Part shown: positions 9,793 to 17,266 of the stretch, piece after piece
How positions within the stretch are numbered: the stretch's first letter is position 1
Layout: each line of letters starts with the position of its first letter
Assembly (NCBI GenBank): GCA_041572575.1
Contig: JBFFSH010000049.1
Span: 1 to 18,986 of the forward strand
Source: Thermodesulfobacteriota bacterium
Lineage (GTDB): Bacteria; Desulfobacterota_D; UBA1144; Nemesobacterales; N074bin48
Length of the DNA: 18,986 bases
Reading direction: 5' to 3'
The notes under the pieces: model-generated
Seen by the model: the letters and a program-made list of their open reading frames with translations, nothing else
Database searches by the model: none
What the model was told of the DNA's origin: nothing
Made by a program: the position numbers and the translations under genes

Positions 9793-9945
9793 AAACAATA
9801 ATATGGTACAGTTTATTTAATCTTTAGAATAAATTCTGATAATTTAGAGTGAAAATAAATAACAGTAAAATTAATGTATTGAATTTATATATTAAATTGA
9901 TATAAAATCAATTATTAAGCATAAAGTCTATATAACTATTACAAG

Positions 9946-11362
9946 ATGGATAAAAAAATTCTCATAATCGATGATGAGCCTTTAATATCTATGCATATAG
10001 CCAGGCTCTTAACAAAGTGAAGATTTTACAGTAATTAGGGCAACGACTGGAAAGGAAGGTCTAAATGTAATTGAGACAGATACTCCCGATCTGATAATTC
10101 TGGATCTGAGACTGCCAGATGTGCATGGTATGGAATTACTGGAACAAATAAGTGAAAAAAATCTGAAAACAAAAGTAGTTGTTCTTACCGGACACGGTAA
10201 TATTGATACTGCTGTACAGGCAATAAAGCTCGGTGCTTCAGATTATATAACAAAGCCATTTGTTGATAATAAGCTAAAATCGCAGATAAAAAGCCTCATT
10301 GAGAGTAAAATCGATAATATATCTGCTTCTACGGTTACAAGAAAAGTTGTAGGTGATTCACCTGCTATGCGTGAGCTTTGGAATATGTTAAGCAAGTTTG
10401 CTCCGCCTGATGTTAATATCTTGCTTGAAGGAGAGACAGGAACAGGTAAAGAACTTGTTGCCCATGCCATTCATGATATGAGCAGGTTTAGTAACGGGCC
10501 GTTTATTCCTCTGGATTGTGCATCTATGCCTGAAACTATAATAGAGAGCGAGATCTTCGGATATGAGAAGGGAGCTTTTACAGGTGCAGAGAATAGAAAA
10601 CCAGGCAAATTTGAAATAGCAAAGGGCGGGACAATATTTCTTGATGAGATATCCAATATGCCTCTATCCACACAGGCTAAACTACTAAGGGTGATACAGG
10701 AGAGAAAGGTATTCCCGCTTGGATCCAAAAACGTTGAACCTATTGATCTAGACTGTCGTTTAGTCGCTGCGTCCAACACCAATTTGGAGGATATGGTTAA
10801 GAAAGGAACATTTAGAGAAGACCTCTTTTACAGACTAAGTACAGTAAAACTCATTATTCCCCCGCTTAGAGAAAGAAAAGAAGATATCAAGAACCTATGT
10901 ATGCATTTTGTAGATCTTTTCAACAGGAAACTCGGTACTAAAGTTGATTCGCTGTCCGATGATGTTGTAAGTGTTTTAGAAAACTACGATTGGCCCGGAA
11001 ATATCAGAGAACTAGAAAATGTGATAAAGTATGCGGTTATTAAAGCAGATGACATTATTACTTTAAATGATATTCCGAACCATATGGATAAAAACGGTGC
11101 AGCACAAATTGCTGAATCTGTAAACGAACTTATAAGCTGTACGACTAATAATTCCGATAATAACTCAGTTGATATTAAACTTAAAATTCAGGTTTTAGAT
11201 ACGATGGACCTCAAGCAGGTAGCTAAGGATGTGTCTGATATCGTAAAAAGAGCTATCATTTCCAAGGTATCTAAAACTTCTAAACTCAGCCAGACCGAGA
11301 TTACTAAAAATTTAAATATAGATCCTAAAACATATCGAACAATTATTAAGAAACTGCAGTGA
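9946..11362 (+). pseudogene. NtrC-family sigma54 enhancer-binding response regulator with a +1 frameshift at about 10011-10017; 471 aa if repaired
   Basis: ATG 9946 MDKKILIIDDEPLISMHIARLLTK* (TGA 10018-10020). The +1 frame continues SEDFTVIRATTGKEGLNVIETDTPDLIILDLRLPD into ORF 10121-11362, which has GETGTGKE, GAFTGA, FLDEI, FREDLFYRL and WPGNIRELEN motifs and a Fis-like C-terminal HTH. Confidence 0.9.
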
Positions 11363-11450
11363 TTTGATTATAGTATCGCAGTGTTCTTGGGTGTTTTTAC
11401 TACATTTCACAGGGTAGAGTAAGTAATTGAGTAAAGTGCCAGGTCTTAAA

Positions 11451-11466
11451 TGGTATGTAAATTGCA
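11451..11466 (+). promoter_or_regulatory. sigma54 promoter for the histidine kinase gene
   Basis: TGGTATGTAAATTGCA, GG-N10-GC, 39 nt upstream of ATG 11506. Confidence 0.78.
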
Positions 11467-11505
11467 CTATAAGTATATAAGGCAGGTTTTATTATTAATA
11501 ATAAA

Positions 11506-13512
11506 ATGAAACTAGAAAACATTCTTATAGTCGAAGATGAATTAATTGTAGCTAAACATATAGAAAAACAGCTAATTAAATGTGGCTATGAAGTTACGGC
11601 TATAGTTAATAACGGAAGTAGTGCACTAAATGAAGTAAAATCCAATCCGCCCGACTTAATATTGATGGATGTAAATATTGAAGGTGACCTGGATGGAATA
11701 CAGACATCTGCGCTTATTAACAAACAATATAAAATTCCAATTGTATACTTAACAGCGTTTACCGAAAAAAATACTATTGAACGAGCTAAAGAAACCGAAC
11801 CCTATGGATATATCATAAAGCCATTTTCAGGCAAGAATTTAGAGACTACAGTAGAGATTGCCTATCATAAGTTCCAGATTGAAAAAAAGTTAAGGGACAG
11901 CGAAAGCTGGCTCATTAATACAATGAGTAATCTGGCAGATGCAGTGATAACTACAGAGCCAAACGGTCATATTAAATATTTAAATCCCGTAGCAGAAAGC
12001 TTTACAGGATGGACTAATGAGCAGGCGGTGGGTAAAAATTTAGAAGAAATATTAGTTCTATACGATGAAACGGAATATAAACCCGTAGGAGATGTTTTAG
12101 AGCATATCTTGAGTGCAAAGAATGAAAATGACAATTATGCTTTTTTAAAATCAAAGCAGGGCAAAGATATTATAATACGTTTTAAGGCTGCACATATAAA
12201 GCAGGATAATAAGGATAATATAGGTGTAGTAATAGTTTTTCAGGATTTTACTGATCATAGACTACAGGAGTTAAGACTATTAAAATCACATGAAAGACTT
12301 CAGATTAAAGTAGAAAAGAATATTAAAGAAATAAGTTCCATTAGCGCTGATCTCAAAAGTAGTAAAGAAAAATATAAGACTTTTATAGAAAATGTATTTG
12401 ATTTGATTGTAGAAGTAGATTCTGATGGGATATTTAGTTATGTAAATAATAATTACAAAAAGTTGTTTGGACACACCGAGAGTGAGTTGTCCGGAAAGAA
12501 GATATTTGATTTTATATATAGCGAGGACCTCGAAGAATTTGAGAATATCTTTATGGATTCAATCCAAAATAATACCGATTTTTCACACTCATACAGGTCA
12601 ATCAACAAGAGTGGTGATCTTGTCTGGCTGTAAAGCACAGGCAATAATGTTGTAGATTCTGATGGAATTACATCTATGCTCATAGCATCAAGGGATATTA
12701 CGGAAAAGAAGAAATATGAAGAACAGAGGATTAAGTCAGACAGATTAGATTCCCTTGGAATTATGGCAGGCGGTATTGCTCATGACTTTAATAACTTAAT
12801 TACAGTTGTTTTAGGAAATGTTTCTCTACTTCGTTTAGGTGACAAGTTTAGTAATGAAGATCAAGCAAAATTAGAAGCAATTGAAAATGCGTCCAAGAGA
12901 GCTAGAGACTTAACTCTGCAGCTGCTTACATTTTCTAAAGGTGGAACCCCCAATTTAAAGGAAATAGTTCAAATTGACGGTATTATCGAACAAGCAGCGG
13001 ATCTTGCACTAAGTGGGTCTAAAATTAAGTATAAACTAAACTATAGTAAAGATACTTGGAATATAAGCGCAGATACCAGTCAGATATCCCAAGTGTTTAG
13101 TAATTTGATCATTAATTCCAAGCAGGCAATGTCCGGCAGAGGAAATATTGAAATTTATTTGATTAACGAAGAAAAAGCTGATACTACGAACGGAGGATCA
13201 AAGAAAAAATATGTTCAAATAACAATTAAAGATGAAGGTGAAGGGATTGAACCTGAATTGATCAATAAAATCTTTGATCCGTATTTTACTACCAAGAAAA
13301 CAGGAACAGGTCTTGGGTTAGCCAACTGTTATACAATAATTAAAAATCATGGGGGATTTATAGAGGTTGAGTCAGAGGTTGGCAAATATACAAAATTCCA
13401 TGTATATTTGCCGGCAATTGTTAAAGAGAATGCATCTATAAATAATGACAATCAGACCTTACTAACAAATCAAAATAATAACCAGCAGGATTGTAAACAA
13501 AAGTCTGTTTAA
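11506..13512 (+). pseudogene. REC-PAS-PAS-HisKA-HATPase sensor histidine kinase split by an in-frame TAA (12631-12633); 668 aa if repaired
   Basis: Reads SGDLVWL*STGNNVVDSDGITSMLIASRDITEKK in a single frame. The stop sits inside the PAC motif where Glu (GAA) is expected. The downstream part has the H-box GIAHDFNN, the N-box QVFSNLIINS, DEGEGI and GTGLGLA. Confidence 0.9.
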
Positions 13513-13583
13513 ATTATATTGAAATCATTAAATTTGATTATTTTTGTATATAACCCTAACAAATACCAATAATTAAACCAATA

Positions 13584-13946
13584 TTAAATTAACTTGGATA
13601 CGCTGTTTACAAGGTCTTCTGCAGCATATGGTTTTGTAAGATAATCATCAGCTCCCTGTTTCCTTCCCCAGTATTCATCTATTTTACCATCTTTTGTGGT
13701 TACCATAACGATTTTTATATCTTTTGTTTGCTCACCACTTTTTAACTGCCTGCAAGTTTGATAACCATCTTTTCCAGGCATTACTACATCAAGTACTATT
13801 AGCTCCGGGTTTTGGCTGGTAGCCTGCATTAACGCTTCTTCACCATTGGTAGCTCTTATCACTTCATATCCATTGCTTTCTAGTATGTTCGTAGCATTTT
13901 CAAGATCCGTTCTGCTGTCGTCTACAACCAGTATTTTCTTTGACAT
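13584..13946 (-). CDS. PilH-like single-domain response regulator, copy 1
   Basis: 120 aa; D9/D10, D53, T83 and K105 intact; DVVMP.KDGYQTCR and WGRKQGADDY resemble PilH. GGAG RBS. Confidence 0.9.
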   Translation of the reverse strand: MSKKILVVDDSRTDLENATNILESNGYEVIRATNGEEALMQATSQNPELIVLDVVMPGKDGYQTCRQLKSGEQTKDIKIVMVTTKDGKIDEYWGRKQGADDYLTKPYAAEDLVNSVSKLI

Positions 13947-14018
13947 ATTAATCTCCTGTTTAATTGAATATTTATATTAATTATATATTAACTTATTATA
14001 TTTTAAATTGGTCAATAA

Positions 14019-14046
14019 TACATATTTTTCTAGTACTTTAGTACAG
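14019..14046. promoter_or_regulatory. candidate operator (GTAC-N4-GTACAG) upstream of PilH-like copy 1
   Basis: TACATATTTTTCTAGTACTTTAGTACAG, 20/28 identical to 15269-15296. A minus-strand TATAAT lies at 13980-13985. Confidence 0.55.
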
Positions 14047-14137
14047 TAATTATTAAATATTATATATATATTAGTACCACTATTTCTAATATTGGATTCT
14101 AATTTAATTATTGCCTTAATATCTCATAAAAAGATTT

Positions 14138-14181
14138 AAAAAAAAAGAGCCTGCTTACTTAAGTAATAAGCAGACTCTTTT
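14138..14181 (-). terminator. intrinsic terminator after the 58-aa ORF
   Basis: Minus strand GAGTCTGCTTA-loop-TAAGCAGGCTC followed by 9 T. Confidence 0.8.
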
Positions 14182-14228
14182 ATTAAGGAGTAGGGGATTT
14201 AGTAGTTCTTGTAGTTCTGTATCAATAA

Positions 14229-14405
14229 TTATGTTAAATATTTTATATCTAAATTTTCAAACGCAAAGGTCTCATAAAGTACTTCGAGCTCTTCATTATT
14301 TTCAAAGTTCTTAGAGGAGATTGTCTTAAACCCTACATTTTTTAGTATGTTCTCGATGTCATTTATAAAATCTGCTGAATTATCTTCTATTCTTAAATCC
14401 GACAT
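14229..14405 (-). CDS. small acidic protein of unknown function, 58 aa
   Basis: GAGGAGG-N7-ATG at 14405; MSDLRIEDNSADFINDIENILKNVGFKTISSKNFENNEELEVLYETFAFENLDIKYLT. It has its own sigma54 promoter and terminator. Confidence 0.72.
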   Translation of the reverse strand: MSDLRIEDNSADFINDIENILKNVGFKTISSKNFENNEELEVLYETFAFENLDIKYLT

Positions 14406-14459
14406 ATAACTGCCTCCTCTGAATACCCGTAAATTTTTTGTCGCTTCATATCTTATTAT

Positions 14460-14475
14460 TGCAATATAGATACCA
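14460..14475 (-). promoter_or_regulatory. sigma54 promoter for the 58-aa ORF
   Basis: Minus strand TGGTATCTATATTGCA, GG-N10-GC, 54 nt upstream of ATG 14405. Confidence 0.75.
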
Positions 14476-14714
14476 ACTTGGTTATTTATCAAAAAAATTG
14501 CTTTATCGGAGAATGAATTAATTTGATGACAAGCTTAAATATCTTAATAAATGCTTTGATATAACATGATTGGAATAGGATAATTCAATGATTACAGTAG
14601 GTTAAGAGGTGTAATCTGTCAGTAGATTATTTCATGATGATACTACAAAATAAATTTGATTAAATATTGAAAGAATAATGCAGTATCATAAGGGATTGTA
14701 AAAAAAGTTAATGT

Positions 14715-14753
14715 AGGGAATGAATTACCTGATGGGTGGGGATTTGGTTCCCT
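14715..14753. promoter_or_regulatory. candidate tandem enhancer (UAS) sites
   Basis: AGGGAATGAATTACCT (14715-14730) and GGGGATTTGGTTCCCT (14738-14753), 240 nt upstream of the 14460-14475 promoter. The first site is 14/16 identical to 16040-16055. Confidence 0.45.
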
Positions 14754-14768
14754 ATATTGTTTAATTTT

Positions 14769-14814
14769 AGATACTTACTGATAATGAGATATTCACCATT
14801 ATCAGTAAGTATCT
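14769..14814. repeat. perfect 18-bp inverted repeat downstream of PilH-like copy 2 (terminator or 3' stabiliser)
   Basis: AGATACTTACTGATAATG-N10-CATTATCAGTAAGTATCT; no U-tract on the minus strand. Confidence 0.7.
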
Positions 14815-14832
14815 GATATTTTGATTAATAAT

Positions 14833-15195
14833 TTAAATCATCTCAGCTACGGCTTCAGAAAGCTTTGTAGGCTCAAATGGTTTAGAGAAATAGGAATCAG
14901 CACCCTGTTTAATAGACCACTGCTGATCGAGGGGTTTATTCTTACTTGTAACAATAATGATCTTAATATCTTTTGTTTCAGGATTCTTTTTTAGTTCTCT
15001 GCATACGCTAAATCCGTCTTTAACAGGCATTACAACATCAAGTAATATTAGATCAGGTTTGAATTCGATACATTTTTTTATAGCTTCATCACCGTTTGAA
15101 GCAGTCATTAGTTCGTATTCACCAGTTCCTACGGCTTTTTTCATAAATTCTAATTCTGTAGGACTATCGTCTACTAATAAAATGCGTTTTCCCAT
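14833..15195 (-). CDS. PilH-like single-domain response regulator, copy 2 (most divergent)
   Basis: 120 aa; D9/D10, D53, T83 and K105 intact; WSIKQGADSY. AGGAG RBS. Possible sigma70 promoter TTGCTA-N17-TATTAT at 15256-15228. Confidence 0.9.
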   Translation of the reverse strand: MGKRILLVDDSPTELEFMKKAVGTGEYELMTASNGDEAIKKCIEFKPDLILLDVVMPVKDGFSVCRELKKNPETKDIKIIIVTSKNKPLDQQWSIKQGADSYFSKPFEPTKLSEAVAEMI

Positions 15196-15268
15196 ACCTA
15201 GCTCCTATACTAAAGTTTTAATAGGATATAATATAACACTATAAAAAAAATAGCAAAACGATAGATTG

Positions 15269-15296
15269 TACAGTTTTTTCCTGTACGAATGTACAG
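15269..15296. promoter_or_regulatory. candidate operator (CTGTAC-N4-GTACAG palindrome) upstream of PilH-like copy 2
   Basis: TACAGTTTTTTCCTGTACGAATGTACAG; nearly the same distance from the start codon (101 vs 100 nt) as the copy at 14019-14046. Confidence 0.55.
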
Positions 15297-15325
15297 GGGG
15301 TCATAGCCTGTATGTGCATGACCCC
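15297..15325 (-). terminator. GC-rich hairpin downstream of PilH-like copy 3
   Basis: GGGGTCAT-N13-ATGACCCC, 30 nt past the stop; lacks a clear U-tract. Confidence 0.4.
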
Positions 15326-15355
15326 AAGTATGCAAAAAGCTTATATTAGTGAGAT

Positions 15356-15718
15356 TTAAATGAGTGAGGATATGCTGCTAAGCAGGTTATCAGGCTCAAA
15401 TGGCTTTGTAATATAGTCATCTGCGCCTTGTTTTCTACCCCAATATTCATCAGTTTTCTGGCTCTTGGATGTCACCATGACGATTTTAATATCTTTTGTA
15501 TTTTCTTCTTTCTTGAGCTCTCTGCAAGTCTGATAACCATCTTTACCAGGCATAACAACATCTAAAACTATCAAATCCGGTTTAGCAATATTAGCCTTGT
15601 TTAGAGCCTCTTCTCCAGATGAAGCAGTAACTACTTCATAGCCTTTAGACTTAATAATACTCGAAATGTGTTCAAGTTCTGTATTACTGTCATCTACAAC
15701 TAATATTGATTTTGACAT
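15356..15718 (-). CDS. PilH-like single-domain response regulator, copy 3
   Basis: 120 aa; 81/120 identical to copy 1 by hand count; all phosphorylation-site residues intact. GGAG RBS. Confidence 0.9.
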   Translation of the reverse strand: MSKSILVVDDSNTELEHISSIIKSKGYEVVTASSGEEALNKANIAKPDLIVLDVVMPGKDGYQTCRELKKEENTKDIKIVMVTSKSQKTDEYWGRKQGADDYITKPFEPDNLLSSISSLI

Positions 15719-15775
15719 TTTTTTACTCCAATTATTATATGACTTATATAACTTTACTCTTTATTGTTTAATACA

Positions 15776-15791
15776 TGCAATTTAAATGCCA
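15776..15791 (-). promoter_or_regulatory. sigma54 promoter for PilH-like copy 3
   Basis: Minus strand TGGCATTTAAATTGCA, GG-N10-GC, 57 nt upstream of the ATG. Confidence 0.82.
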
Positions 15792-16039
15792 GTTATGAAT
15801 ATACAACTATTTATTGGTTCCTGAATTTTTAAAATTGATAATAATTTAAATTCCATAAAAATTTAACCTAAAGTGTTCAGACGGAGAGGCTCTTCAATCT
15901 TATAAAATGTAATAATAATGAATATTTACAATAATGATTGCAAATTTAAGAGATAGCTCAGCAATCTCTTATATTATGCAACTTAGTTTATATTCTTATT
16001 ATTAGTCTAATTTTATATCCGAAAATATAAAGGTGTATC

Positions 16040-16078
16040 AGGGACTGATTTACCTTTTTGTTAAGAACTGATTTCCTA
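16040..16078. promoter_or_regulatory. candidate tandem enhancer (UAS) sites
   Basis: AGGGACTGATTTACCT (16040-16055) and AAGAACTGATTTCCTA (16063-16078), 23-nt period, 249 nt upstream of the 15776-15791 promoter. Confidence 0.45.
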
Positions 16079-16156
16079 TAAGTCTGGAAAAGACAATGGA
16101 AAAAAAGAACTTAATTGTAGAATAAGTAATAAATAGAATGTATTAAACAGTTAATA

Positions 16157-16192
16157 AAATAAAGGCCTTATATTGTTATAAGGCCTTTATTT
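16157..16192 (-). terminator. intrinsic terminator after the Cache/PDC gene
   Basis: Perfect 16-bp stem AAATAAAGGCCTTATA-TTGT-TATAAGGCCTTTATTT. Confidence 0.75.
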
Positions 16193-16224
16193 GTTCTATC
16201 ATCAAATAATCTGTTATTAGATAT

Positions 16225-16943
16225 TTAATTTAACTGAGTACGAATGTCTTTAAATGATTCAAGATCAAGCTCATCAGCAAGCCAGTCCAGCGCAACACCA
16301 CCGGTTATTACTCCTACGGGCACTCCGTTTCTTATTACTGGGACAGAAAGCTGTACAGCGTATGTACGGGAAGATTGATCCCACTCAAGGTCACCCATCC
16401 AAAATGAGTTAATTTGATTTCCCTGTATATCCAGTACATCTGTAAATTTATCTTCGTCACCCTGCCAGTAGTCAGATGTTGCCGGATAGGCTGCAACATT
16501 TGCGCCCTGATTATCAGTTACAAATAACTCAGTCCAACGGGAGCCTGCTCCATCAACTTTGGACTTTAGTAATTGTGACGGTGTGTTTGTGGTAATTTCT
16601 TGCTTAAATACTACATCAGTGTTCTCTTTCCAGGCTTTATCCCTGTGCTTAGTATTGTATCTCTGGATAGTCTTATGTCTGTTTGAGCGCCTGCAGACTG
16701 AATCAAGATATCTTCATTTGCTATATTGCGAAGTTCGGATAGTGTTTCACGTAACTGTTCTCTTAAAAGGTCCTTACCTTGTAGTGCAGTTTGCCTTTCC
16801 TGTTGGGTTGTTCTTGCGACTTGCTGCGGTTTGTTTTGTACGAATAAATATGCTGCACCTGCTATCAAGCAAACTATTAACAGCAAGATGACAATAATTA
16901 TCTTATCCATTGGGTTGGATGGTTGCTGATTATTTCCACTCAT
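16225..16943 (-). pseudogene. membrane-anchored Cache/PDC-type extracytoplasmic sensor-domain protein with a frameshift near 16645; about 238 aa if repaired
   Basis: N-terminal TM helix (IIIVILLLIVCLIAGAAYLFV). After ILS the shifted frame reads RDKAWKENTDVVFKQEITTNTPSQLLKSKVDGAGSRWTELFVTDNQGANVAAYPATSDYWQGDEDKFTDVLDIQGNQINSFWMGDLEWDQSSRTYAVQLSVPVIRNGVPVGVITGGVALDWLADELDLESFKDIRTQLN to TAA at 16225-16227. This half is absent from the ORF track. Confidence 0.85.
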
Positions 16944-17037
16944 GTTTCTTTTCCTCCAAAATAATTTCTTTTACTAAAAGTATATACCTTTTTTACTTTC
17001 AATAATATTTTCTTCTAATATTTTACTTGTTATATTA

Positions 17038-17053
17038 TGCAATCGCTATGCCA
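17038..17053 (-). promoter_or_regulatory. sigma54 promoter for the Cache/PDC gene
   Basis: Minus strand TGGCATAGCGATTGCA, GG-N10-GC. Confidence 0.82.
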
Positions 17054-17185
17054 TTTTAATTAGTTTTAATTAAAATATTGACTATTTAATAAAGGAATTT
17101 GTTACCGTTGTTATATTAATTATAGGGAAGTGGTTTCTATATTAATATAATTATTAAAACATAAAATAAATATATATAATAAATA

Positions 17186-17226
17186 AAAAAACCTGCTGAT
17201 TTAAATTTTAAATCAGCAGGTTTTTT
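17186..17226. terminator. intrinsic, bidirectional-type terminator after the porin
   Basis: AAAAAACCTGCTGATTTAAA-T-TTTAAATCAGCAGGTTTTTT, a perfect inverted repeat with A/T tails. A second small hairpin, CTCCTTA-TGTG-TAAGGAG, lies just upstream on the transcript. Confidence 0.85.
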
Positions 17227-17266
17227 AGTTCTCCTTATGTGTAAGGAGAGATGAGTTCTTTAAATT

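Noticed and set aside
10009..10020. Programmed prfB-like +1 frameshift in the NtrC gene
   Set aside because: The context TTA ACA AAG TGA has no CTT-TGA slippery site, no re-pairing codon in the +1 frame and no properly spaced internal SD.
8169..12633. Stop-codon reassignment or pyrrolysine read-through explaining the internal TAG and TAA
   Set aside because: The two internal stops differ. TAG, TAA and TGA all terminate intact genes here (sufB and sufC TAG, cysC TAA, Rieske TGA). Each internal stop is one substitution from a plausible codon (TTG Leu, GAA Glu).
14406..14492. 87-aa long form of the small ORF
   Set aside because: It uses a non-ATG start with no RBS, upstream of the sigma54 promoter. 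The internal ATG has a strong GAGGAGG.
14487..14500. IHF site between enhancer and sigma54 promoter
   Set aside because: TATCAA is followed by TTG at five rather than four nt, and near-matches are expected by chance in such AT-rich DNA.
15281..15296. Gammaproteobacterial LexA box CTGT-N8-ACAG
   Set aside because: It matches formally, but the sister site at 14031-14046 keeps GTAC-N4-GTAC and not CTGT, and no SOS gene is adjacent. Not excluded, but unsupported.
10011..16650. Phase variation at the two frameshift sites
   Set aside because: The sites are only AAA and CACA, too short to be contingency tracts.
13950..17260. CRISPR array, MITE family or recognisable ncRNA in the AT-rich spacers
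   Set aside because: No regularly spaced direct repeats. The hairpins are unrelated in sequence and sit where terminators are expected.
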